NCBI GenBank assembly: GCA_963827655.1
Contig: CAWHCF010000044.1
Span: 1-64,000, forward strand
Direction: 5' to 3'
Source: an uncultured Acidobacteriota bacterium
GTDB taxonomy: Bacteria; Acidobacteriota; UBA6911
DNA length: 64,000 nt
The notes beneath the pieces were generated by a model that saw nothing but the letters and a program-made list of their open reading frames with translations, searched no databases and was not told the DNA's origin. A program made the translations under genes and the position numbers. This document shows, piece by piece, positions 45,759 through 56,493 of this stretch (position 1 is the stretch's first letter; each line of letters starts with the position of its first letter).

Positions 45759-46969
45759 CTGTCCGTTTGTATTATGAAGACTCCTACCTGACCCGGTTTT
45801 CCGCCAACGTAATCGATCTCTTTCCGTCGAACGCCCAGACGGCCGTCGTTCTGGACCAAACTGCCTTCTACCCTACTTCCGGCGGGCAGCCTTATGACAC
45901 GGGAGTTCTCGGCACCTCGCGGGTGATTAAGGTTGAAGAGGACGATTCAGGCAGGGTAACACACATCCTGGATTCACCCCTTCCTCTCGGCCCTACCAGC
46001 GGTCTCATCGACTGGAGCCGCCGATTCGATCACATGCAGCAGCACACGGGCCAGCACATTCTCTCCCAGGCCTTCGTCCAGGTAGCCCAGCTGCCTACCA
46101 TATCGTTTCATTTGGGAACCGACACCTCGACCATTGACCTGGAACAACCAGTCGCGTCGAACTCGTTAATCCAGGAGGTTGAGGAACTTGCTTCACGCAT
46201 CGTCTTCGAAGATCGGCCCGTGCATACTCTGACTGTTGGAGCCGGCGATCTCGCGGCCCTGGGAGTCCGCAAGGAGTCTCAACGTACCGGCGATATTCGG
46301 GTGATCGATGTGGAAGGGTTCGATCGCTCGCCCTGTGGCGGCACCCATGTCCGCCGCTCGGGAGAGATCGGGTTGGTGTCAATCCTGGGCCACGAACGGT
46401 ACAAAGGAGGAACTCGGGTGGAGTTTGCCTGTGGGGGAAGAGCGCTGAGGATCCTGCGTACCGACCACGGAATATTGAAAGCTCTGGGAAACCTTTATTC
46501 CGGAAAGCTGGAGGACCTTCATCGTCTCGCGACCAAGGTTTTGGAGGAACGGTCGCAACTGGGCCGGGAGAATTCGAGGTTGCGGGAAGAACTGCTCGAC
46601 TTCGAAGCGCGTGAGCTGCTGCTGGCAGCGAGAAAAATCAGCGGCCTTCTCATCGTGCGCAAAAGTTTCACCAACCGGGACCTGGAAAGCTTGAAGATCC
46701 TGGCGCAAAGGCTCGCTGCGCGGGGAGGCGTGCTTGCCCTTCTTGCCTTGATCAATGACACAGGTCAGGTCGTCGTGGCACGCAGCCGCGACATTGCTGG
46801 AGACTGCGGCGATGCGGTAAAGAAGACGGCGGCCAGGCTAGGGGGGCGCGGCGGCGGCAGGCCCGAGCTGGCGCAAGCCGGAGGATTACCGGCCGAGGGG
46901 CTGGAAGATTGGTTGCAGAGCGTCGAAGACTATTTCATACATCCCGCAGGGAAGGAAACCTCGCACTGA
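45755..46969 (+). CDS. Alanyl-tRNA editing protein (AlaX-like with DHHA1 domain)
   Basis: FYPTSGGQP, HTGQH, CGGTH, GRGGG. Confidence 0.9.
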   Translation: MTVRLYYEDSYLTRFSANVIDLFPSNAQTAVVLDQTAFYPTSGGQPYDTGVLGTSRVIKVEEDDSGRVTHILDSPLPLGPTSGLIDWSRRFDHMQQHTGQHILSQAFVQVAQLPTISFHLGTDTSTIDLEQPVASNSLIQEVEELASRIVFEDRPVHTLTVGAGDLAALGVRKESQRTGDIRVIDVEGFDRSPCGGTHVRRSGEIGLVSILGHERYKGGTRVEFACGGRALRILRTDHGILKALGNLYSGKLEDLHRLATKVLEERSQLGRENSRLREELLDFEARELLLAARKISGLLIVRKSFTNRDLESLKILAQRLAARGGVLALLALINDTGQVVVARSRDIAGDCGDAVKKTAARLGGRGGGRPELAQAGGLPAEGLEDWLQSVEDYFIHPAGKETSH

Positions 46970-46982
46970 CGCGGGAACGCAA

Positions 46983-47609
46983 TCAATCTCTCAGGGGCGG
47001 CCCCGGCCCGCGAGTGCCAAGCATCTCGAGCTTCAGAACGCGCCAGTCATCGCGAAAGTCAGGCGAGTCCAGGTTAATACGATTCACTTTTAGCGACAGA
47101 TTCTCGAAGTCGAAACTTGCCAGAGGAACCAGCCTGAAGTCCTCTTCGCCGATACGGACTGTAACCCCCAGGAGTTCTCGCTCATCAGCAAATTCTCCTT
47201 GCAATCGGACTCCGAAAGAGGATCTCGGCCGCATCCTGAGCGAAGGGACAGTAACCGGTTCTTTGGGGTCTCCTGTATCTATGATGAAAAACTTGCCTGG
47301 AATCTTGCGATTCTCCAGTGTCAACCGAATCTGCTTGGCTTGAAGGTTCTGGTCCTTATCGACCATCGAAATGAAGTTGAAGAGCAAAACGCCTGGCTTG
47401 ACCACCTCGACTGTGAAAATGTACTCGCGATCCACGAAGGCAAGATAGGCGCTTTTTTCGAGAGGCGCAGCTTTGGCCTTGTCCTCGACCTTGACCTGGG
47501 TAGAAGCCTGGTTGTAAGGATGGAAGAATCCGCAGAGCAAGCCGGCCAGAACCGCGATGCGGTGGGTTGATTTCATATCTGTCTTCTTTGCGTCGGTATT
47601 TGATACCAT
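46983..47609 (-). CDS. Exported hypothetical protein
   Basis: 208-aa ORF with coding-like composition and a signal-like N-terminus. Confidence 0.7.
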   Translation of the reverse strand: MVSNTDAKKTDMKSTHRIAVLAGLLCGFFHPYNQASTQVKVEDKAKAAPLEKSAYLAFVDREYIFTVEVVKPGVLLFNFISMVDKDQNLQAKQIRLTLENRKIPGKFFIIDTGDPKEPVTVPSLRMRPRSSFGVRLQGEFADERELLGVTVRIGEEDFRLVPLASFDFENLSLKVNRINLDSPDFRDDWRVLKLEMLGTRGPGPPLRD

Positions 47610-47673
47610 AGGCGCCGCGCGGCGTGAAGCCTGGATCGTGGCAAAGTTTCACGCCAAGAACCTGACGCACCCG

Positions 47674-47782
47674 TGAGGCCGCAACCAGAGTGCTCTTAGT
47701 GTTTCTTCGTGGCTTCGTGGTTAGAGCTGTCTAACAAATACCTCTAAGACTCAAAGACACAAAGAAACACAAGAATCATCGC
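47674..47782. repeat. Dispersed intergenic repeat, copy 2 (inverted relative to copy 1)
   Basis: tgaggccgcaacc..gagtgctcttag and agagctgtctaacaaatac. Confidence 0.7.
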
Positions 47783-47828
47783 AAAAAAACAAGAAGTTAC
47801 GACCCAGTAATACAAGGATAAAATCCTC

Positions 47829-48449
47829 CTGAGAAATATCACTCCCTTCATTCTCGCCGCCGGCGAGTCGTCGAGAATCGGGTTTCCCAAGGCTTTATTG
47901 CCTCTTGGTCATCGCACTTTTCTGACCTGCATCCTCGACACTCTGGAGGAACTTGATCTTGCTGAGCCCTGCGTGATCCTGGGATCGCATGCGGAGCGGA
48001 TTCGACCGCAGCTCCTTGATCGCCGCGCGCGCGTGGTCATTAACCCTGACCCAGGTCAGGGTCAGCTTTCCTCGATCAAACTTGCTCTGGAGCGGATCGA
48101 GGCGAGTTGCTCCGCGTGCTTGATATGGCCTGTAGACCAACCCGGTGTACCAGGCACAGTCGTACGCGATCTGATCCAGCTTTTTGAGAGTACGGCTTCC
48201 AAGATTGTCCTTCCAGTCTATCAAGACAGGAGAGGACATCCGGCGTTATTCAGCAGATCCTTGTTTGCCGAGCTGCTCGACACGCCGCTGAATGAGGGGG
48301 CGCGCGCGGTCGTGCTGGGTCACCGCAATGAGATTGGGCTCGTACAGACGACTGAGCCCGCCACAGTCCTCGACATCGACACAGCGGAGGATTACCGCCG
48401 CCTGACGGGGGAAACGCTGGAATCAGCGATCAAGCGAAGCAGGCAGTAG
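47829..48449 (+). CDS. MocA/MobA-like NTP transferase
   Basis: ILAAGESSRIGFPKALL lies in frame upstream of the ORF-track start; PVDQP, GHP, DIDT. Confidence 0.88.
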   Translation: MRNITPFILAAGESSRIGFPKALLPLGHRTFLTCILDTLEELDLAEPCVILGSHAERIRPQLLDRRARVVINPDPGQGQLSSIKLALERIEASCSACLIWPVDQPGVPGTVVRDLIQLFESTASKIVLPVYQDRRGHPALFSRSLFAELLDTPLNEGARAVVLGHRNEIGLVQTTEPATVLDIDTAEDYRRLTGETLESAIKRSRQ

Positions 48450-48573
48450 GCGGTGGGCGGTGTCGGGCGGGAGATGGATATTAAGCTCGTGAAACTACAA
48501 CGCCAGGAAACGGGCATCCCCGGAGGCGTGGAAATGAAAAGCCGAAATCAGACCTGTTCCGGTTCAGCTGGAA

Positions 48574-49224
48574 ATGGAGAAGCGTTCCCCTGTTAAGATA
48601 ATGGAGGATTACTTCCGGATGGCCGACGGCCCGGAAGTATTACAGGTCAAGGAGCAGAGAGCCGTGACCACGCGCCAACACAAGGTCGACACCCAACTCG
48701 GCCGAGCCGCAGTCCAGATCTTTGCCGCCAATGATCGCATGAACCAGATTCTTATCGAACATCTTGACCCTACCGCGTGGAGAGCCAAACCGCCCGGCAA
48801 GGTCCGCACCATTGCGGCGATCTTCACCCACATGCACAATGTCCGCTCCAAGTGGGTCCGGCTTACAGCTCCGCACTTGAAGGTTCCACGACAGCTCAAC
48901 CGCGCGCACTGCACGCCGCAGCAGGCCCGTGCGGGATTGGCCGAGAGCGCCGCACGCTGCGCGGAGATGCTCGCCGAAGCGCTCGGCGGTTGTGGGGGCC
49001 GCGTCGAGAAGTTTCGCAGAGACGGCTGGGCTCCGCCTTGGCCGGTTGGTCTGGAAATGCTGTGCTACATGCTTTCTCATGAAGCCCACCATCGCGGGCA
49101 GGTGTGTATGCTCGCGCATCAGCTCGGATTCCCGTTGCCGAAAGAGGGGGCGTACCGGATCTGGAATTGGGAAAAGCTGTGGAAAGAGTGCGGATCGCCT
49201 GGCGGCCCCGGCTACGATTCTTAA
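48574..49224 (+). CDS. DinB-family protein
   Basis: H..NVR and HEAHHRGQ motifs; start uncertain. Confidence 0.85.
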   Translation: MEKRSPVKIMEDYFRMADGPEVLQVKEQRAVTTRQHKVDTQLGRAAVQIFAANDRMNQILIEHLDPTAWRAKPPGKVRTIAAIFTHMHNVRSKWVRLTAPHLKVPRQLNRAHCTPQQARAGLAESAARCAEMLAEALGGCGGRVEKFRRDGWAPPWPVGLEMLCYMLSHEAHHRGQVCMLAHQLGFPLPKEGAYRIWNWEKLWKECGSPGGPGYDS

Positions 49225-49361
49225 GGAATGGCTGATAGCTGACGATCAGACTTATTTAGAAGAAGACGCAATACGCAAGCTAATGGACCTGGCGGTGAAG
49301 TTAACCAACAGACTCGTTGCTTCCCTGTCTCAGCGGCAAAGTCTCTGAATATCCGGGGAGC

Positions 49362-51026
49362 CTACTGCCTGCCACCTACTGCCCACTGCTCTTCTTCGCT
49401 TTGTCCCTGTCCAAGCGCCAAAACCCCTGAATATCCAGGCACCGTACTGCCTATTGCCTTCTGCCTACTGCCTACTGCTTCCTCTGGCAGGTTCGATTTC
49501 TTCAAGCCCTGAGCCAGCGAGCAGAATCCCGTGAAAAAGTATCCGAACTGAAAGAGAAAGAGAAATGGTACCACGCCATAAATACCAAGCTGGATCGCAT
49601 AGAAGTTGACGCAGGTAAAGTAAACGCCCATCGCAATTTCAATCAACGGTATAACGCCGACCTCAGCCCGATACTTCTTGTTCCTCCACTCTCCTTTAAC
49701 TCCTTCAACGGAGAACTTCGGCGTTCGAATGAAAGGGCTCTTGATCCCGAAGGCTCCTTCCAGAACCGCCTTGGCAACTGACACGCTCATGCCGATTCCG
49801 ACCGCAATCAGGCCCGGCAAGTAGAGAATCCTCTTATACCAGTCCCGGTGCAGTACCTTCTGTGAAGTCAGGTAAAAAGTCGAGACGCTGCTGAAAGAGA
49901 GCAGGAATAGTGGCAAGTCGACCGTCAGCAGCTCAAACCAGCCTTGATTGAAACGGATAATCAAAGCTGGAAAGAGGATAAACGACAAGACCAGCATGAG
50001 CGGATAGCAAATGTTGCCAGTAAGGTGATACCACGCCTCAAGCTTCTCACCGGCGCTAAGATCGCTCTTCAGGATTCGAAGAAGCACCTTCTTACACGTC
50101 TGCATAGCGCCTTTCGCCCAACGGCACTGCTGCGACTTGAAAGAGTTCATCTCCACAGGCAATTCCGCGGGAACCGTCAGGTCAGGAAGGAAAACAAATT
50201 TCCACCCTTTTATCTGGGCGCGGTAGCTAAGGTCGAGGTCCTCCGTAAGGGTGTCGTGCTCCCACCCGCCGGCATCATCAATCGTCTTTCTGCGAATTAT
50301 TCCCGCTGTTCCGTTGAAATTAAAGAAGCGGCCACTTACGAAGCGCGTAAAACTCTCCAGCATGAAGTGACCGTCCAGAAAGATAGCCTGGGTCCTGGTA
50401 AGAAACGAATACTCCCGGTTCAAGTGCTCCCAGCGCCCCTGGACCATGCCGATTCTGGGATCAGTAAAGTGGTGTATCGCTCTCTGAAGAAAATCCGGCT
50501 CGGGCACGAAATCCGCGTCGAAGATAGCGATGAAGTCGCCTTTGGCGCTGCGAAGGCCATTCTCGAGGGCTCCGGCCTTGAAGCCGTTTCGATTGGAGCG
50601 ATGGATGTAATGAATATCGAGGCCGAGGTTGCGCCATCGCTCCACCGCATTGCGCGCCACTACCTGGGTCTCATCGGTGGAGTCGTCGAGCACCTGGATC
50701 TCAAGGCGGTTTCTCGGATAATCAAATGCGCAAGCCGCATCAATCACCCGTTCCATCACATACATTTCGTTGTACGAAGGGATTTGTACCGTGACTCGAG
50801 GGAGTTCAGTGAACTGTTCTTTGACCACCGCGACATTTTTGCGGTAGCGGTGAAAGAAGTACACCATGATGTAGCGGTGAAGCCCGTAAAAGGCCAAGAT
50901 TGCCAGAATCACAAAGTAGGCAAGAGCGATTGCAAAGTCGAAGCTCTCCATGTGGTACAGGTAAGAAATATTCCCTGTCCTCACGAACTTTTCGTAATCC
51001 GAAATCCCGGGCCTCCAAAACTCCAT
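49362..51026 (-). CDS. Cellulose-synthase-like GT2 glycosyltransferase
   Basis: KAGAL, FDADF, TEDLD, QQCRW. Confidence 0.92.
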   Translation of the reverse strand: MEFWRPGISDYEKFVRTGNISYLYHMESFDFAIALAYFVILAILAFYGLHRYIMVYFFHRYRKNVAVVKEQFTELPRVTVQIPSYNEMYVMERVIDAACAFDYPRNRLEIQVLDDSTDETQVVARNAVERWRNLGLDIHYIHRSNRNGFKAGALENGLRSAKGDFIAIFDADFVPEPDFLQRAIHHFTDPRIGMVQGRWEHLNREYSFLTRTQAIFLDGHFMLESFTRFVSGRFFNFNGTAGIIRRKTIDDAGGWEHDTLTEDLDLSYRAQIKGWKFVFLPDLTVPAELPVEMNSFKSQQCRWAKGAMQTCKKVLLRILKSDLSAGEKLEAWYHLTGNICYPLMLVLSFILFPALIIRFNQGWFELLTVDLPLFLLSFSSVSTFYLTSQKVLHRDWYKRILYLPGLIAVGIGMSVSVAKAVLEGAFGIKSPFIRTPKFSVEGVKGEWRNKKYRAEVGVIPLIEIAMGVYFTCVNFYAIQLGIYGVVPFLFLFQFGYFFTGFCSLAQGLKKSNLPEEAVGSRQKAIGSTVPGYSGVLALGQGQSEEEQWAVGGRQ

Positions 51027-51306
51027 GATTCCCTCGCCCGAGGAGTATGGAGAAATAATGTTCGCGGGTTGTCACTTCCCTGTACGAAATTGTCCGTGAT
51101 TGTAATCAATTGTATTACGAGGGGTTATTCGATTTACGATTTACGATTGACGATTGTAACAACCGAGTCGTTGGTTGAGCTCAATCGCCAATCTTCAATC
51201 AATCGTGAAGGACGTCTTTGCCCAGACTCGACCGTCGCAGTCGCCGTAAGCCGCGGGCTTCAGACCACGGTTTCTATGATGAAAGCCTCAAAACCGCAAT
51301 CCAGTA

Positions 51307-52510
51307 TCAGGCACGGGTTGTCTGGCGCAGCAAAACGCGCGAGCGATAGAGCCACTGCCGGTTCTCTTTCTTAAAAAAACGGGGATTGGCCCGAGCCTGT
51401 TCCAGGACAGTGTTCAGCTGGGAGCGCATTTCCTCGTCCTGAGAGAGCTTCTGGAAAGTTATCGCAAGCCAGTATCTCCCCTCGGGATCCGAGTTCCGCT
51501 TCTCGAGAAAAAACTGGAGGAACTCTTTCGCTTTCTCGAACTGGCCGTTGTGAAGGTACGCCTTACCAACATCCCGAAAAATATCTCCCAGCCGATAGTT
51601 GGGGGCCAGCCGATAGGTTTCCTCATACTGTTCCAGAGCGCTGGGCCAGTCTCCTTTCGCCTCGAACACCCGACCCAGGTAATAGTGGTAATCCGGATCC
51701 CGAGAATCGATTCTCAAAGCGTTCTCGAAGTATCTCTGGGCGGCATCAAGGTTGTCGCGCTTGAGATGAATCAAACCGAGCTGATGATGGGCATCCGCAT
51801 CTTGCGGATTGAGAGTCAGGCCGTGAAGGCGCTCTTGAAAATTCCGCACCCCAACCCTCGCGGCAACAAGACTGCGAGAACGCTGAAATAATAGATAAAG
51901 AAGCGGAACCAGCACGAAGAGCGGAAGAGCGAACAAGAACATCGTGAGCAAGTAGAATGCGGGGAGAGTGAACCAGCTCAGAACGAAAACTCCAAGCGCC
52001 ACCACAGGTGAAACATAATTAAGCTCTTTGACGGCCCAGACGGTATAGATCGCCGACGAGCAACCCGACCCCGAGTAAACCTGTGCCGATTTCGAAGACA
52101 CCCAGCGCCAGGAAATGCGGCGGAACCCAATGCAACGGGGTCGCTATGGCAAACAGGATTCCCCAGAGCGGGAAAAGCGTCGAAACGTGAGCCCGGTATT
52201 CGTCACGGGAAAACGAAAGCCCGAGCCCATCGCCGGCGAATGCATTACTCAGCGAGATCACGGCGGGAACATAAACCACCGATAGGAACAACAGAGCCTG
52301 GATCAGATTAGTCGCGAAGATCGAGTGAAGCAGGCTGCCTTTTTCGGCCGGGCCCAATTCTGCATGGACCGCGTTGCGCGCCAGGACGAAAGCCAGAAAA
52401 CCGCAGCCTAGAATTGAACAGGCCGGCAACAGCGCCTGCCGGGCGGCCAGCGCTCGCAGGCCACGCGAGCGGAATGCCAGCATTGCCATGAGATCCCGCA
52501 GGAAGTTCAT
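51307..52510 (-). CDS. Membrane protein with C-terminal TPRs, frameshift near 52075
   Basis: TM ORF 52019..52510 joins ORF 51307..52101 (AIYTVWAV..TPRs); start overlaps the response regulator stop. Confidence 0.8.
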
Positions 52511-53187
52511 GGGCTGAGTTTGTATCCCACGCCATAGATCGTCAAGATGTGCTTGGGATTCTTGTAGTCCTCTTCAATCTTCTTGCGGAGCTTGACAATG
52601 AAATTATCCACCGTTCGGTTCGTGGGATACTTCTCGGTGCCCCAAACCTTGTCGAGAATCTCGTCTCTCGAAACCGGCTGGTTGGCGTTGGCATAAAGCA
52701 GCTTGAACAGCTCCACCTCGTAGTGAGAGAGCGAATGCTGTCTCTTGTTGCGGCTGACCGTGAAGTGCTTCACGTCGACCAGGCAGGAACCTATTCGAAC
52801 GACTTCCAGATCCTGGGCGTACTGTCCGGTGCGCCGGAGAATTGCCTTCACTCGGGCAAGAAGCTCGCCGACGCTAAAAGGCTTGGTCATATAGTCGTCG
52901 GCTCCCACCTCCAGACCCCGGATCTTGTCGTAATCCTGAGCTTTTGCCGTAAGCATGATGATCGGAGTGTTGAATTTCTGTCGCCGGATTTCCTCGCAGA
53001 TCTGATAGCCATTAATGTCCGGCAGCATCAGATCGAGAATGATGCAATCAGGCTCCTTCCGAGTCAGGAACTGCAATCCCTCTTTTCCGGTTCCCGCAGT
53101 AACCACATCGTAACCCTCGAACTCGAGAATATCCCTGAGCCCGCGAGCCATCTCCTGCTCGTCTTCTACAATCAAGATCCGTTGCAT
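52507..53187 (-). CDS. OmpR-family response regulator
   Basis: ILIVEDE, LDLMLP, KPF, wHTH with GVGY. Confidence 0.95.
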   Translation of the reverse strand: MQRILIVEDEQEMARGLRDILEFEGYDVVTAGTGKEGLQFLTRKEPDCIILDLMLPDINGYQICEEIRRQKFNTPIIMLTAKAQDYDKIRGLEVGADDYMTKPFSVGELLARVKAILRRTGQYAQDLEVVRIGSCLVDVKHFTVSRNKRQHSLSHYEVELFKLLYANANQPVSRDEILDKVWGTEKYPTNRTVDNFIVKLRKKIEEDYKNPKHILTIYGVGYKLSP

Positions 53188-53294
53188 AGTAAGCTCGTTA
53201 AGCGGAGCGTTACTCGAATTTCGTTCGCCTCAAAGCAAGAAGCCGGGATCCAGAATCTCCGGCAACTTACTTCTGGTTCCCGGCTTCCGGTCAG

Positions 53295-54863
53295 CTAGGC
53301 TGAGACCCCTGCGGGGGCCTCGCGTATCGGAATCCGCAGCGTAAAGGTGCTCCCGTGTCCAGGTTCACTTTCGACCAGGACTTCCCCTCCGTGCATCTCT
53401 GCCACGTGCTTGGTAATCGCGAGACCGATGCCGCTTCCCCTGGTTTTCAGGACGGCGGCGTTGCTACCCCGGTAGAATTTCTCAAAAATCCTCTGCTGCT
53501 CGCTCCCCGGTATTCCCAAACCTTGATCCGCAACCGAGAGATCTATATAGCCATCATTCTTAATCACGCTCACGGTTATCTGCTTGTGATCCTCCGAATA
53601 CTTCACTGAATTATCGAGAAGGTTGAAGAACGCGAGGGTCAGGGAGTGGGCATCGGCCAGAGTCTCCGGCAGCGGATCTTCGAGCCGGCTCACGAGCTGG
53701 AATCCATCCTTCTGAATCCGGTAGCGGTAGGTCTCCAGTTCCCGCTTGACCAGATCGGCAATGTTGATTTTCTCGAAGTGTCTTGTCTGCGCCCCCCGCT
53801 CGAGCCGCGCGAAGTCCAGCAGATTGTTGATCAAACGGCTCATCCGATCGCTCTCTTTGTAGATGATCCGATAGTACTCAAGTTTGGATTCGTCATTCTT
53901 GACTCTGCCGGTGGTCAGAATCTCGCTGAACATCCGAATCAGAGCCAGGGGCGTCTTCAATTCATGGCTGACATTACCTATGAAGTCCGCCTTCAGCTGT
54001 ATGAGCTGCCGCTCTCGACGAACCACAAAATAAATGATCACCAGACTCAAAAAGATCAGAGAAATACTCATGATGATGAAAAAGAAATTGGTCCGTCGCT
54101 GCACTCGCGCGACCCTCTCCATCTCCGAGTAGTTGCGGGGAACCACCTGAAGCAGCCATTTGTAGAAGGTGCTGGGAAAGCGCGATTCGTGGAAGTACTT
54201 GACCCGGTCCAAGGGCGGGCCCGACACTCCATTGTTTTCATAGTCCACGACGCTGACGTAATACACGGAACGAAGATCTTTGAGGTACCTGTCGAGCAGA
54301 GCAAGGATCTTGCCGTGATTCATTTGAAAGCAGACCAGGATCTTCTCGCCGCGCCGGTTCTCCTTGATCACGTAGGAAGCGAAGAAGTAGTCTTCTCGAC
54401 GTTCTTTATGCAGGTGATTGGTCTCGTCGGGGCGGAGGCGGTCCAGATTCAGCTCCCTGGTCTTGAAACTCCGCATGAATGCGGAATAGAGATCCTTGAT
54501 CCCGGGGCTCCAGGCGGGATACAGAAGATTTCCGTTCAGCGAAAGGAACCAGACCTGGTCGACGCCTAAATCGGCTTTCTTGATCGCGTCGTTCACCTCC
54601 CGCCAGCGTGACTGGTCGTTCACGTCAGCCATGTTATAGAGGCTGCGGTCGTTGTCGATGATCTTCTGCTCGATGCGATCGACTTCCCTTTCCACCAGCT
54701 TGACATTGCTTCGTATCAGGCTGTCTTCCACAACATTTTCCCTGCCAACGGTGTACTTGTAGCTGAGGATGGTCAAGGTTGCCGTAGAAGCGCCGATCGC
54801 AACGATTGCGATCATAACTGCGGTCCGGTTGTAGAAAACGGGTGTCTTCATCGAGGGCGTCAT
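53295..54863 (-). CDS. Sensor histidine kinase
   Basis: Two TMs, [10 protein letters not shown]1/F/G2 boxes. Confidence 0.95.
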   Translation of the reverse strand: MTPSMKTPVFYNRTAVMIAIVAIGASTATLTILSYKYTVGRENVVEDSLIRSNVKLVEREVDRIEQKIIDNDRSLYNMADVNDQSRWREVNDAIKKADLGVDQVWFLSLNGNLLYPAWSPGIKDLYSAFMRSFKTRELNLDRLRPDETNHLHKERREDYFFASYVIKENRRGEKILVCFQMNHGKILALLDRYLKDLRSVYYVSVVDYENNGVSGPPLDRVKYFHESRFPSTFYKWLLQVVPRNYSEMERVARVQRRTNFFFIIMSISLIFLSLVIIYFVVRRERQLIQLKADFIGNVSHELKTPLALIRMFSEILTTGRVKNDESKLEYYRIIYKESDRMSRLINNLLDFARLERGAQTRHFEKINIADLVKRELETYRYRIQKDGFQLVSRLEDPLPETLADAHSLTLAFFNLLDNSVKYSEDHKQITVSVIKNDGYIDLSVADQGLGIPGSEQQRIFEKFYRGSNAAVLKTRGSGIGLAITKHVAEMHGGEVLVESEPGHGSTFTLRIPIREAPAGVSA

Positions 54864-55034
54864 TTTAACTTATTTAGTTCTTCGTGTCTTCGTGCTAAGT
54901 GGGCCGACCATCACTCCACCACCAAACCCGGGATGCGAAATGCCACCGGTACAAGCTTGTTTACAGTGCCGACAGCAGATTGATAGAGTGAATTTTTGCT
55001 GTCGGGACGCAATGAACTTTACCGAGAGGGCTTT

Positions 55035-55802
55035 ATGCAGATCCAAGGCAGTACGTTCTTGATTAGCGGCGGCAGCTCAGGTCTGGGCGCCGCCTGTGTT
55101 CGCACCCTCGCACGATCGGGAGCTCGCGTAGTAATCGCCGACCTGAACAGTGCCGGGGGAGAAGCGCTGGCTGTGGAATTTGGTCCAGAGGTCCATTTCG
55201 TTCAGACCGAGATCACGGATGAAGCAAGCGTGCAAAATGCCGTTGACACTGCAGTGCAGGGATTCGGCCCTCTCCGAGGTGTCGTCAACTGCGCGGGAAT
55301 CGGAAATGCCGAACGAGTGATAGGCAAGACCGGGCCGCATTCCTTGAACACGTTCTCCAAGGTCATTAGCGTAAATCTTATCGGAACTTTCAACGTGCTT
55401 CGTCTAGCCGCTGCAGCTATATCGCGAGCCGAACCTCGAACGGGCGGCGAGCGCGGCGTCATCATCAACACCGCCTCGGCCGCAGCCTTTGACGGTCAGA
55501 TCGGTCAGGCGGCCTACTCCGCGTCAAAAGGCGGGATTGTTTCCATGGCCCTTCCAATCGCGCGCGAACTGGCGCGGTTCGGAATCCGGGTCGTGACCAT
55601 CGCGCCTGGAATCTTCGACACTCCCCTCCTGGCTAAACTTCCGGAGCCGGCCAAGCGGTCTCTGGGAGAACAGGTTCCTTTCCCTCGACGTCTCGGACGC
55701 CCCGAGGAATTCGCCGTCCTCGTCGCGCATATCATTGAGAACGAAATGCTCAACGCCGAGGTGATCCGCCTTGACGGTGCGCTGCGCATGGCTGAGAAGT
55801 AG
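55035..55802 (+). CDS. SDR, 3-hydroxyacyl-CoA dehydrogenase type 2 (HSD17B10-like)
   Basis: [35 protein letters not shown]. Confidence 0.92.
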   Translation: MQIQGSTFLISGGSSGLGAACVRTLARSGARVVIADLNSAGGEALAVEFGPEVHFVQTEITDEASVQNAVDTAVQGFGPLRGVVNCAGIGNAERVIGKTGPHSLNTFSKVISVNLIGTFNVLRLAAAAISRAEPRTGGERGVIINTASAAAFDGQIGQAAYSASKGGIVSMALPIARELARFGIRVVTIAPGIFDTPLLAKLPEPAKRSLGEQVPFPRRLGRPEEFAVLVAHIIENEMLNAEVIRLDGALRMAEK

Positions 55803-56493
55803 CAGTAGGCAGCAGGCGGAAAAGTTTCCCTGATCTGGTTTCCTGGTGTTACGGCGGTAGAACCACAATCCGCATTCTGAAATTCGCAATGGGAAGGGGT
55901 GGGAGGCCCGAATCTGACGACCGGGCCTCATCTTCACAGCAGGCTTAAGGTAGGAGCGGTCCCGCTCAACGTGACCGCTTTCAATGGTGGGTTTTTTGCT
56001 CGCGCTTCGTTAAAAAATGTTATCAGTGCAACCTTCGCCAAAAGGATCACCCGAGTGAAGAGTAATCTCTTAACTCCAGAATAAAACCCCTACGGTTTAC
56101 AGGGATGCTTGACGTGCCGCGCGTAATAAATATACGCATCACGCATGCCAATGACGGCGGTGGGCCAAGTTTTGGTGCAGGACTGATCTTTTTTGATGAA
56201 CGACAGGGCAGGTTCAAAGCCCGGGCGAAGTCAGAATCAAGGGTTTTCACTGTTGAGATGACGTGACTTACGGAGAATCACGCGTCGAACGCAGGACCAG
56301 TGTCGCGAAAGCTTGATCATGTGAATTTTTAACAAAGAGTTAACACAAGATCGTCACTTCACAACGAAAGTGAGTCGAAAAAGTTCAAGGAAGCGGGGAA
56401 ACTTTCCCGGCATTGCCTCAGAGTCCGCTCACCTTCCGATTGGTCAGGCAAGATAGAGACAGGATGCCGGGACGAAGAGTTCGAATGACTCTA

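Noticed and set aside
49944-51374. 476-aa plus-strand ORF
   Set aside because: Antisense shadow of the GT2 gene
56100-56400. oriC or dif site
   Set aside because: No DnaA-box cluster and no XerC/XerD consensus
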